Part shown: in pieces, positions 13,501-26,500 of the stretch
Position numbering within the stretch: the stretch's first letter is position 1
Layout: the number at the start of each line of letters is the position of its first letter
Made by a program: the position numbers and the translations under genes
The notes under the pieces: model-generated
What the model saw: only the letters and a program-made list of their open reading frames with translations
Databases searched by the model: none
What the model was told of the DNA's origin: nothing
Origin: Haplodiscus bocki
Lineage: Eukaryota
DNA: 64,000 nucleotides
Direction: 5' to 3'
Assembly: GCA_965655095.1 (NCBI GenBank)
Contig: OZ296649.1
Span: 108,066,001 to 108,130,000, forward strand

Positions 13501-16500
13501 ATAGTTCAAAACTTACGGCAACGTTTGCAGTTTCGGAATACCGCGACTTTGCTGGAATACATTCAGAAAAAAGTTCAGTCCAAAAATTGTTATACGCTTT
13601 GAGAATTGTCGATTGAGACCTTGTTGGAAGACTTCAAGCCTGTGTTTGCGAAGTAAGAAGAGTTTGAACATGGAAACAAATCTATGTCAATGGCGCGTTT
13701 ACGAATTATCTCGCTTCTATCAATTTGTGTCGAAGTCGTGATGAAATCAATCCAAGTGATTACTCCCACAAAATTGGTAAACTTGCATATGAGACCATGC
13801 TGTTTCAACTCAAGTTTGAGGTGGTAGAAAAAAATGAGATGGAACATCAGGTTAATTCAATATTCCTAGACTCGTTTGAATTTTGCAATTTTGGATGAAA
13901 TATATAAACCCGGCAGTTCCGGAGAAGCACGTTTGAGAAACGAGATAAATCAAATCCTAAAGCAACTTTTGAAAATTCGAACTACCGGGACCTTGTGGTA
14001 AAAAATTTGGAAAAAACTTTCGATTCCATGTTTTTTCAACGAATTGAAGATTGTCGGTTGAGACTTTGATGAAAGAATGCAAATCTTTGTTTACGAAGTA
14101 GGAAGATATTCAATACAAAAAAATCAATGTTAAAAGCGTTTTTTGGGATTAACTCACTATTAGGAATCAGTTTAGAAAACGAAATGAAAAAAAAACGATC
14201 CAATCGATTACTCTGGCAAAGTTGTAAAAGACTCAAATGAGACCTTGCTGTCTGAAATTAAGTTGGTAGTGGTAGAAAAAAATTAGATCCAACCTCAAAT
14301 TATAACAGTTTTCACAGTTTCTCTTGACTTCTGGACATTTTTGGATTCCGACGAAAGAAACAAATCAAATGATGCTTCAATCGGATCCCTCTGGTGGTAC
14401 ATTTTTTTTCGATTAGGACTGTAATGAAACTCGGTAGTTACACAGATTTACGTTCGATAATCCAGATAACTCAAAAAACTATAGCGACGTTTGCAATTTT
14501 GGAGTACCGGGACCTTGCTGGTATATATTTTGGAAAAAAAATCTCACCAAAGCGTTTTATAAACGTTGAAGGTTATCGACTGAGACATTGGTGGAAGAAA
14601 CCAAGCCTGTCTTTACGAGTTAAGAAGAGTTTGAATAAAGAAACAAATCAAAGTTTTCAGTGGTTTTTGAAAATGACTCACTATCAGAAATTTGTCTCAG
14701 AACATGAAATCAATAAACAATTGGTTACTCCTTCAAAAATGTAAAGTTTGCAAATCAGACCATTCTGTTTAAAGTCAACAGTCCTGTGCTGGAGTGAAAT
14801 GTGATCGAACATCAAGAGAGGTCAGTAATGACAGTTTCCGTTGAGTTCCGCATTTTGCTGCATTCCAACGAAAGGAATAACTTTCACGTCCGTTTCTTTT
14901 CTTTTTTTTGTAATTAATTCATAATGAGACCTCAAAGAAACCAACTTATCAGGTAGTCACGGAGAGGCACGTTTGATAATTAGCAGAAAACCATAAGTTG
15001 AGGCAGTTTTTGCAATTCTGGATTACCGAGACCTTGCTTGAAGGTGTTCAAGAAAAGCGTTCAATCAAAACATTTTGTACGATATAAAAGATATTGGATG
15101 TGGACTTGAAAGACGAATTCCAGCCTCTATTTCCGAGGAAGAAAGATTTTGAGTCAGGAGAAAAATCAATCCTAATTTTACTGTTTGGAAAATCTCAATA
15201 TCAAGATTCTGTCCACACAATCAAAACCGGAAAAGTTCTAAATGAATCTTCTTGCAAAAAGTAAAGGTTTCCAATTGATACCCAGCTGGTTCAAAACAAG
15301 CGTGTAGTTGTAGAGGAATAACAGGTTGAAAATCAAGATAAATCAGTTTTCGCAGTCTGCTTTGACTTCTGGAACTTTCGCATTTTGATGCAAGAAACAA
15401 AATGAACAAAATTTAAATCCATTCCTATCCTTTTGCTAGGCTTTTTTTCGGTTGGTACCGCGATGGAACAGACCAAGCCGGTAGTTACAGAGAAACACGT
15501 TTGACAGTCGAAGTAAGTCAGCTTTCACAGTCTGTTTTGTGTTTTCACAGTCTGCTTTTACTGGAATTTTTGTATTTTGATTCAGCGAATGAAAAGAAGG
15601 AAAACCTTGTTTAATCCTACTTTTTTGTCTGGGACTCTGAAAAAACAGACCAACGAGGTAGTTATGTGGAAACGTTTGACAATCAAGATTAATCATTTTT
15701 TGTACCACTTTTTGCTATTTTGAACAACTGGAACCTTACTGGAAGGCATTTAGACAAGTTTTTGTCCCAAACACTCCAAAAAGAAATAAAGGTTGTTGAT
15801 TGAGAGTCTGGGAAGAAGTAAAGCCTGTTCTTACGAAGTAAGAGGAGTTTCAATAATGATGCAAATCAATTTTTTTTGCGATTTTCGGAACATTCTCACT
15901 ATCAAGATTCTGTCTCAAAATAGGAAAAAAAACAAGGCGACTGATTACGTCTGCAAAAGCGTGATTTTTGCAAATGAGATCAGGCTGTTTCAAAGTAAAC
16001 TTGAAGTGGTGGAAACAAATGAGGTCGAACATCAAATTGAATCAGTATTCACAGTCTCCTTTGACTAATAGTGATTTTTGGATTTTGACACAAAGATCAA
16101 AATGAATAAGTTTTTTGTCCAATCCTTCTTTCTAAATGTAAGTTTTTTTGTCTGGGACCTTGAAAAGACAAAGCAACCAGATGGTTACGGAAGAAGTGTT
16201 CGATAGTGGACAGAAATCAAAAATCCTGTCGCTTTTCTCAGTTCTAGTCAATGCGATATTACTGGAAGTAATCAAAGAACATTTTTCATTGAAACTTTTC
16301 GTGGGAGTTAAAAGATATGTATAGCGAACTTGATTGAAGAATTCCAGCCTGTATAAACGAAGAGGAAATTGTACCGATACGGAGACAAAACTATCGTAAT
16401 AGTTTTTCTCGGAAATTTTGCTAAAACATTATTCTGTCTCAGGAATCGAATAAAATCTGAGCAATCTTCTTGCAAAAACATGAAGTTTTCAAAGGAGACC

Positions 16501-17055
16501 AAGCGGGTTGAAATGAAGTCTGTAGTTATCAAGATATGAGTTCGGAAACCAAGAAAGGTCAATATTGACATTCTTCTTTGTGAACATATTCGGAGTTTGA
16601 TGCTAGGAACAAAATAATTGAAATTTCAGTAAGATCCTACATTTAGTGAAGATTTATCGATTAGGACGGTGATAAAAGAAATTCATCCGGTAGGTATGGA
16701 GAAACACGTTTGATATACAAGACAAATCAAAATTTTTGGCAGTTTTTGCAGTTCACGACTACCGGGACGTTGCTGGAAGGTATTCAAGGGAAATGTTCAA
16801 TCCATACCTTTTGTGCTATTTGAAAATGATTTATGGAGACCATGATTGAAAAATTCCAGCCTGTATTTACGAAAAAGTAAGAGTTTGAATTTGGCGACAA
16901 ATCCATTCTAATAGTGCGTTTTGGAACTTCTTCAAATTCAGTTTTCAGTCCACAGAAGCCAATTGAAAAAAATCTGTTTGATACTTCCTGCAAAGGTTCA
17001 AAGTTTTCGGTTTAGATCAGTTTAGTTGGAATCAAGCCTGCAGTTAGAGGAAAAG
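10535..17055 (+). repeat. Diverged monomeric satellite with no clear HOR and several indels
   Basis: Monomer anchors fall at irregular spacing (~11025, 11557, 12054, 12580, 13090, 13611, 14056, 14577, 15096, 15798, 16320, 16834). No near-identical neighbouring copies are visible. Confidence 0.85.
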
Positions 17056-19084
17056 ATGAGATCGAATTTCGATATCAGTCAATTTTCACAGTATGCTATG
17101 ACTTCTGGAATTTTTCGGTTTTTGTTACAGGGGTTACATCAAAAAAATTGAGAGGCTCCTCCAACTCTCTTGGTGTAGTTTTTTTATTCGGACACCGGTG
17201 AAACAATTCAAAGCGGTAAGTTCGGAGGAACAGGGTAGATATTAGAAACGAATCGAAATTTGTAAGGATTTTCGTAATTCCGTTTTAGCGGGACCTTGCT
17301 GGAATGTATTTGGACGATTCTTTTTGAAACACGCTGAAACGAGTTAAATGTTGTTGATTGAGAATTTGATGAAAAGATTCCAGCTTGTATTTACGACGTA
17401 AGAAGATTTTGAAGAAAGTTACACATCAAGGTACTTAACGCTTTTTGGAAACATCTCATTATCCGGGTTCAGTCTCGAAAATCGAAATGAAAAACTATGC
17501 AACTGATTACTCCAGCAAAAGTATTAAACTTGTAACTGGGACGAAGTTGTTTGAAATTAAACTTCTAATGGTAGCAAAGAAATTGAGAAATGGCATCAAG
17601 ATGAGTCAGTATTCACAGTCTTTTTGACTTCTGGTAATTTTTGGAAAAAGATGCAAGGAAATAAATGAAAAAAGTTCAAGTCCAGTCGCACTCCTTTACC
17701 GAGTTTTTTTTTAAAGTACGACGTTGAAGAAACAAAACAACCAAGTAGTTACGGAGAAGAAAAGAAGTTCAACAATCGAGAATAGTCAAAATTTATGGAC
17801 AGTTTTGCATTTTCGTACTACCAGGGCTTTGGTGGAAGATATTCAGGAAGAGTTCTCAATGAAACTCAATTCGCACTTTAGGTAATTTTCGTTGAGTCTT
17901 TGATGGAAGAATTGCAGCCTGTATTTACGATGAAAAAATTGCTCGAACATGAGACAAACCCAACCTAACCTTATCTTCCGGAAAATTCTCAAAATCAGTT
18001 TTCTGTCCACTGATTTGAGTAAAAAGAATCTAGATGATAATTCTTGCAAATTTCAGAGTTTTCGATTGAGATCAATTTGATTGAAATTTAGCCTGCAGTT
18101 AGAGTAACGGAGGAGATCGAACACCAAGACGAGTCAGTTTTCACAGTCTTCTTTGACTACCGGATTTTTTCCGATTTTGATGGCGGGAATAAAACTAATG
18201 AATTGAGAAACTCATCCATTTTTAGTATTCCAACTCTTCCAATTGGGACCTCGATGAAAAAAATCAAGCCAGTAGTTACGAAGAAACACGGTGGAAAAAA
18301 AATGAATTGAAACTTATGGAGATTTTTGCAGTTTTGGACCGCCGGGAACTTGCTGGGAGGTTTTTAGACGAAAAGTTCTATCAAACACGCCAAAACTAGC
18401 TGAAAGCTGTCGATTGAGTTTTGATGAAGGATTTCAAGGCTGTTTTAACGCAGTAATAGGAGTTCCAATAAAAAAAATCATTGTTTTTAGCCATTTTTTG
18501 AAAGATCTCCTTATAAAATTTCGTTCTCAAAAATCCAACAGAAAAAAAATCATTCAATACTAATGCAACAACATGAAACTTCCAAATGAGATCATGCTGT
18601 TTTTAGTTATAAGTTTTGTGGAAAAAAAGATCGAACATCAAAATCAGTCGGTCTTCACAGCCTATTTTGACGTCTGAATTTTTCCTGATTTTGATGCAGA
18701 AAAAGAACAAAATGAATTTATTCTCCACTCCTATACTTTAAATGTTAATTTTTTGTCAGGGATGTCGAAAAAACAAACCAACCAAGTTTTTTTTGGATAA
18801 AAACGTTTTATGATCAAATTAAAACAATTTCTAAAGCATTTCTGTAATTTCGAACTACTGGGACCTTAGAAGAACCCATTCAGACAAGTTTTTTTGAACA
18901 CTCCAAAATGAATTAAAAGTTGTTGATGAGACCTTGATGGAAGAATTGCAGCCCGTGTTTCCGAAGTGAGAGGATTTTGAACAAGGAAACAAATCAATGT
19001 TATAAACGCCTTTTGGAAATTTCTCACTAACAGCATTCTGTCACAATATTCCAAAGTACGAAACAATCCAATTGACTCTAACTG

Positions 19085-19997
19085 GAAATTCGATTGCGTT
19101 GTTTTTCATTTCGTTTTTCGGGACTGAATCTTAATAGTGAGAAGTTTCCAAAATCGTAAATAACCTTGATGTGTAACTTGTTTCAAAAACTTGTTACGTC
19201 TTAAAAACAGGCTGGAAGGTTTTCATCACAGTCTCAATCAACAAATTTTAACGCGATTCGGCGTGTTTGAAAAAAACCGTCTCAATACCTCCCAGCAAGA
19301 TCCCGGTAAAACTGGATTACAAAAGTCATTACAAATTTCGATTTATTTCAAATATCGTACCTGTTCCTCCTAATTTACTGCTTTGATTTGTCTTATCGAG
19401 GTCCCAATAAAAAAAACCTACATTAAGAAAGTTGGAGGGGCCTCTCAATTTATTAGTTTCAACCCTTGTACCAAAAACCGAAAAGTGTCAGAAATCTTGG
19501 GAGACTGTGAAAATTGACTCATATTTGAGTTCAATCTCATCCTTTCCTCTGAATGCAGGTTTGATTCCAACTAAAATGATCTAAACCAAGACTTTTGAAC
19601 CCTCGCAGGAAGTATCATCTAAATTGTTTTCAATTTACCAGAAATTTCTGGTAACTGAAAATTGATTTTAAGATATTTCCAAAGTGCACAATTAGGATAG
19701 ATTTGACTTCAATTTCAAACTCTAACGTCTTCGTAAATACAGGCTGGAATTTTCCTGTCAAGTTCTCAATAAACTTTTTTCATATCGCACAAAAAGCATT
19801 GATAGAACACTTTTCTTGAAAACCTTCCAACAACCTCCCGGTAATCTGGAATTGCAAAAACTGCCATGAATTTTGATTTATGTTGATTAACGAACGCGTT
19901 TTTCCTTTACTGCCTGGTTGGTTTTTTTCCTGGAGACCCCAATCGAAAGCAACTACAATGAAACAGTAGAACGGGACTTGAATTATCTTGTTTTTGT
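19085..19997 (-). repeat. Inverted satellite block, copy 1 (truncated, ~0.9 kb)
   Basis: The reverse complement reads as the monomer. For example TCATCACAGTCTCAATCAAC (~19223) is the reverse complement of GTTGATTGAGACTGTGATGA, and CTTCGTAAATACAGGCTGGAA (~19729) is the reverse complement of TTCCAGCCTGTATTTACGAAG. Confidence 0.95.
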
Positions 19998-21398
19998 AAA
20001 ATTGAGAGGCTCCTCCAACTCTCTTGGTGTAGTTTTTTTATTCGGACACCGGTGAAACAATTCAAAGCGGTAAGTTCGGAGGAACAGGGTAGATGTTAGA
20101 AATGAATCGAAATTTGTAAGGATTTTCGTAATTCCGTTTTAGCGGGACCTTGCTGGAATGTATTTGGACGATTCTTTTTGAAACACGCTGAAACGAGTTA
20201 AATGTTGTTGATTGAGAATTTGATGAAAAGATTCCAGCTTGTATTTACGACGTAAGAAGATTTTGAAGAAAGTTACACATCAAGGTACTTAACGCTTTTT
20301 GGAAACATCTCATTATCCGGGTTCAGTCTCGAAAATCGAAATGAAAAACTATGCAACTGATTACTCCAGCAAAAGTATTAAACTTGTAACTGGGACGAAG
20401 TTGTTTGAAATTAAACTTCTAATGGTAGCAAAGAAATTGAGAAATGGCATCAAGATGAGTCAGTATTCACAGTCTTTTTGACTTCTGGTAATTTTTGGAA
20501 AAAGATGCAAGGAAATAAATGAAAAAAGTTCAAGTCCAGTCGCACTCCTTTACCGAGTTTTTTTTTAAAGTACGACGTTGAAGAAACAAAACAACCAAGT
20601 AGTTACGGAGAAGAAAAGAAGTTCAACAATCGAGAATAGTCAAAATTTATGGACAGTTTTGCATTTTCGTACTACCAGGGCTTTGCTGGAAGATATTCAA
20701 GAAGAGTTCTCAATGAAACTCAATTTGCACTTTAGGTAATTTTCGTTGAGTCTTTGATGGAAGAATTGCAGCCTGTATTTACGATGAAAAAATTGTTCGA
20801 ACATGAGACAAACCCAACCTAACTTTATCTTCCGGAAAATTCCTAAAATCAGTTTTCTGTCCACTGATTTGAGTAAAAAGAGTCTAGATGATAATTCTTG
20901 CAAATTTCAGAGTTTTCAATTGAGATCAATTTGATTGAAATTTAGCCTGCAGTTAGAGTAACGGAGGAGATCGAACACCAAGACGAGTCAGTTTTCACAG
21001 TCTTCTTTGACTACCGGATTTTTTCGGATTTTGATGGCGGTAATAAAACTAATGAATTGAGAAACTCATCCATTTTTAGTATTCCAACTCTTCCAATTGG
21101 GACCTCGATGAAAAAAATCAAGCCAGTAGTTACGAAGAAACACGGTGGAAAAAAAATGAATTGAAACTTATGGAGATTTTTGCAGTTTTGGACCGCCGGG
21201 AACTTGCTGGGAGGTTTTTAGACGAAAAGTTCTATCAAACACGCCAAAACTAGCTGAAAGCTGTCGATTGAGTTTTGATGAAGGATTTCAAGGCTGTTTT
21301 AACGCAGTAATAGGAGTATCAATAAAAAAAAATTCATTGTTGTTAGCCATTTTTTGAAAGATCTCCTTATCAAAATTCGTTCTCAAAAATCCAAAAGA
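19998..21398 (+). repeat. 1.4 kb near-exact direct duplicate of ~17144-18540
   Basis: ORFs 17445/20299 and 17843/20697 lie 2854 bp apart. Both copies carry the GGAGAAGAAAAGAAGTTC expansion, which is absent at ~24032 and ~28784. Confidence 0.92.
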
Positions 21399-24300
21399 AT
21401 CAATATCAAGATTCTGTCTAAGCAATCAAAACCCGGAAAAAGTCTAAGTGAATCTTCATGCAAAAATTAAAAGTTTTCGATTGATACCAAGTTGGTTCAA
21501 AACAAGCGTGTAGTTGTAGAAGAATATGAGGTTGAAAATCAAGATAAATCATTTTTCGCAGTCTGCTTTGACTTCTGGAACTTTCGTATTTTGATGCACG
21601 AAACAAAATGAACAAAATTTAAATCCATTCCTATCCTTTTTCTAGGCTTTTTTTGGTTGGTACCACGATGGATCAAACCAACCCGGTAGTTACAGAGAAA
21701 CACGTTTGATAATCGAGATAAGTCAGTTTTCACAGTCTGCCTTGAGTTTTCACAGTCTGCTTTGGCTGGAATTTTTGTATTCTGATTCAAGGAATGAAAA
21801 AAAGGAATTTTTTGTTCATTCCTACTTTTTTGCCTGGGACTCTGAAAAAACAGACCAACGAGGTAGTTATGGGGAAAAACGTTTGAGAAACAAGATTAAA
21901 CGTTTTTTGTACCAATTACTGCATTTTTGAATAATTGGAAACTTGTTGGAAGGAGAAATGAAAGAAAATTTGTGGTGACTTTTGCACTGTAGGACCACAG
22001 GCTCTTTGCTGGGAGGTCTTAGGAGAAGACATTATCTCAAACACATTGAAAGGAGCTAAAAGCTGTTGATTGAGTCTTTGATGAAGGACTTCAAGGCTAT
22101 TTTTACGAAGTAATAAGAGTTTCAATAAAGATACAAACCAATGTATTTCGTGTTTTTTGGGAGTAACTCATTATCAAGATTCTCTCTAGAAAATCAAAAC
22201 AAAAAAAAACCATTGAACACTATCGCAAAAGCATGAACGTTGCAAATGAGACCATGCTGTTTGAAAATAAAGTTGTTGTGTTAAAAAAATTAAGATCGAA
22301 GATCGAGATAATTCACTATTCACAGTCTCCTTTCACTTCTGAAACGTTTCTGATTTTGATGCAAAGAACCGGAGGAATAATTTTTAGGTCCAATCCTACT
22401 CGGTAGTTGTAATTTTTTCAAAGAGACCTTGAAGAAACAAAACAATCTTGTAGTTACGGATAAGCAATTTCCATAAACTATATAATTCAAAAAGCATTGC
22501 TATTTTTTGCAGTTTCTGACTGCGCTACATTGCTGGAAGGTGTTCAAGAAACGTTTTCTATTACAAATTTTTGTGCGAGCTAAAAAATAATTATTGAGAA
22601 TTTGATGGAAGATTTTCAAACAGTTTTTACGAAGAAGAAAAAGTTTGAAAATGCAGAAAAATCTATCTTCATTTTGTTTTGTGGAAAGTTCTCAAATTCA
22701 GTGTTTTGTGTGAAGAATCGCAGTCGGGAAAAGTCTAAGCAATCTACCTGCAAAATGTTCCCAGTTTTCCATTGAAGGCCTGCAGTTTTGGGGAAATACA
22801 AGGTCGATTACCGAGAAAAGTCAATATTCAGGATCTCCTTTTCTTTTTGAAACTTTTCTGATTTTGGAGCGAAGAACAAAACAAAATAAAACGTTAATTG
22901 CATTCTACTCTAATGTTGATATTTCATTCAGGACCATGATGAAACAAATTAAACCGGTTTTTACACAGAAAAACGTTCGATAATCGAGATAAAACAGAAA
23001 TTATTATCGATTTTTTCCAATTTCGATCTACCGGGACCTTGCTGAAAAGTGTTCAGGAAAAACGTTCAATGAAAACTTTTTGTACGGGTTAAAAGTTATT
23101 GATTAAGGCCCTGATTGAAGAGTTTCAGCCTGTTTTTGCGATGAAGAAAGAGTTTGAATCAGAAGACAAAGCTGTCTTAATAGTGCTTTTTGAAAAATTC
23201 TCAAAATCAATTTTCTGTCCATTGAAGCGAATTGAAAAAAATCTAGATAAAATTTCTATATGAAACTGAGAAGGTTAAAAGTTTTTGATGGTGCAGAACT
23301 TGGTTAAACTCAAGCCTGGAGTTAGAGAAAAGATGAGATCGAATTCCGATATCAGTCAATTTTCACAGTATGCTATGACTTCTGGAATTTTTCGGTTTTT
23401 GTTACAGGGGTTACAACAAAAAAGTTGCGAGGCTCCTCCAACTCTCTTGGTGTAGTTTTTTTAATGGGACACTGATGAAACAATTCAAAGCGGTAAATTC
23501 GGAGGAATAGGGTCGATATTAGAAATGAATCGAAATTTGTAAGAACTTTCGTAATTCCGTTTTAACGGGACCTTGCTGGAATGTATTTGGACGATTCTTT
23601 TTGAAACACGCTGAAACGAGTTAAATGTTGTTGATTGAGAATTTGATGAAAAGATTCCAGCTTGTATTTACGACGTAAGAAGATTTTGAAGAAAGTTACA
23701 CATCAAGGTACTTAACACTTTTTGGAAACATCCCATTATCCGGGTGCAGTCTCGAAAATCGAAATGAAAAACTATGCAATTGATTACTCCAGCAAAAGTG
23801 TTAAACTTGTAACTGGGACCAAGTTGTTTGAAATTAAACTTCTAATGGTAGCAAAAGAAATTGGGAGCTGGCATCAGGATGAGTCAGTGTTCACAGTCTT
23901 TTTGACTTCTGGAAACTTTTGGAAAATGATGCAAGGAAATAAATGAAAAAAATTCAAGTCCAATCGCACTCCTTTACCGTAGATTATTTTGAAAATAGGA
24001 CGTTCAAGAAACAAAACAACCAAGTAGTTACGGAGAAGAAGTTCGACAATCGAGAATAGTCAAATTTTATGGACAGTTTTGCATTTTCGTACTACCAGGG
24101 CTTTGCTGGAAGATATTCAAGAAGAGTTCTCAATGAAACTCAATTTGCACTTTAGGTAATTTTCGTTGAGTCTTTGATGGAAGAATTGCAGCCTGTATTT
24201 ACGATGAAAAAATTGTTCGAACATGAGACAAACCCAACCTAACTTTATCTTCCGGAAAATTCCTGAAATCAGTTTTCTGTCCACTGATTTGAGTAAAAAG

Positions 24301-25359
24301 AATCTAGATGATAATTCTTGCAAATTTCAGAGTTTTCGATTGAGATCAATTTGATTGAAATTTAGCCTGCAGTTAGAGTAACGGAGGAGATCGAACACCA
24401 AGACGAGTCAGTTTTCACAGTCTTCTTTGACTACCGGATTTTTTCCGATTTTGATGGCGGGAATAAAACTAATGAATTGAGAAACTCATCCATTTTTAGT
24501 ATTCCAACTCTTCCAATTGGGACCTCGATGAAAAAAATCAAGCCAGTAGTTACGAAGAAACACGGTGGAAAAAAAATGAATTGAAACTTATGGAGATTTT
24601 TGCAGTTTTGGACCGCCGGGAACTTGCTGGGAGGTTTTTAGACGAAAAGTTCTATCAAACACGCCAAAACTAGCTGAAAGCTGTCGATTGAGTTTTGATG
24701 AAGGATTTCAAGGCTGTTTTAACGCAGTAATAGGAGTTCCAATAAAAAAAATCATTGTTTTTAGCCATTTTTTGAAAGATCTCCTTATAAAATTTCGTTC
24801 TCAAAAATCCAACAGAAAAAAAAATCATTCAATACTAATGCAACAACATGAAACTTCCAAATGAGATCATGCTGTTTTTAGTTATAAGTTTTGTGGAAAA
24901 AAAGATCGAACATCAAAATCAGTCGGTCTTCACAGCTTATTTTGACGTCTGAATTTTTCCTGATTTTGATGCAGAAAAAGAACAAAATGAATTTATTCTC
25001 CACTCCTATACTTTAAATGTTAATTTTTTGTCAGGGATGTCGAAAAAACAAACCAACCAAGTTTTTTTTGGATAAAAACGTTTTATGATCAAATTAAAAC
25101 AATTTCTAAAGCATTTCTGTAATTTCGAACTACTGGGACCTTAGAAGAACCCATTCAGACAAGTTTTTTTGAACACTCCAAAATGAATTAAAAGTTGTTG
25201 ATGAGACCTTGATGGAAGAATTGCAGCCCGTGTTTCCGAAGTGAGAGGATTTTGAACAAGGAAACAAATCAATGTTATAAACGCCTTTTGGAAATTTCTC
25301 ACTAACAGCATTCTGTCACAATATTCCAAAGTACGAAACAATCCAATTGACTCTAACTG

Positions 25360-26500
25360 GAAATTCGATTGCGTTGTTTTTCATTTCGTTTTTCGGGACT
25401 GAATCTTAATAGTGAGAAGTTTCCAAAATCGTAAATAACCTTGATGTGTAACTTGTTTCAAAAACTTGTTACGTCTTAAAAACAGGCTGGAAGGTTTTCA
25501 TCACAGTCTCAATCAACAAATTTTAACGCGATTCGGCGTGTTTGAAAAAAACCGTCTCAATACCTCCCAGCAAGATCCCGGTAAAACTGGATTACAAAAG
25601 TCATTACAAATTTCGATTTATTTCAAATATCGTACCTGTTCCTCCTAATTTACTGCTTTGATTTGTCTTATCGAGGTCCCAATAAAAAAAACCTACATTA
25701 AGAAAGTTGGAGGGGCCTCTCAATTTATTAGTTTCAACCCTTGTACCAAAAACCGAAAAGTGTCAGAAATCTTGGGAGACTGTGAAAATTGACTCATATT
25801 TGAGTTCAATCTCATCCTTTCCTCTGAATGCAGGTTTGATTCCAACTAAAATGATCTAAACCAAGACTTTTGAACCCTCGCAGGAAGTATCATCTAAATT
25901 GTTTTCAATTTATTTCTGGTAACTGAAAATTGATTTTAAGATATTTCCAAAGTGCACAATTAGGATAGATTTGACTTCAATTTCAAACTCTAACGTCTTC
26001 GTAAATACAGGCTGGAATTTTCCTGTCAAGTTCTCAATAAACTTTTTTCATATCGCACAAAAAGTATTGATAGAACACTTTTCTTGAAAACCTTCCAACA
26101 ACCTCCCGGTAATCTGGAATTGCAAAAACTGCCATGAATTTTGATTTATGTTGATTAACGAACGCGTTTTTCCTTTACTGCCTGGTTGGTTTTTTTTCCT
26201 GGAGATCCCAATCGAAAGCAACTACAATGAAACAGTAGAACGGGACTTGAATCATCTTTTTTTTTGTTAAATGCAGCGAACTCCGAAGAATTCCAGAAGT
26301 AAGAAGAAATAGAGAATTTTGAATCATTTTGATGTTCGATCTCAACTTTTCTCCAACTCCAGGCCTCATCTCGACATTTCAACCAACTAGATCTTTTCGA
26401 GAACTTTGAAACATTGCAGGAGGGATCATTTAGATTTTTTTTCAATTCGTTTCCTTGGACAAAAAACTGATATTGAGAAGTTTCCGAAGAGAACTACTGT
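25360..26500 (-). repeat. Inverted satellite block, copy 2 (~1.14 kb, about 2.2 monomers)
   Basis: Near-identical to 19085-19997, then continues in reverse orientation to ~26500. Forward orientation resumes by GAGATCGAATACCAAGATGAGTC (~26520). Confidence 0.95.

Noticed and set aside
13013-13504. Longest ORF (163 aa), possible gene
   Set aside because: It lies entirely within a diverged monomer, and the frame is not kept open in homologous monomers.
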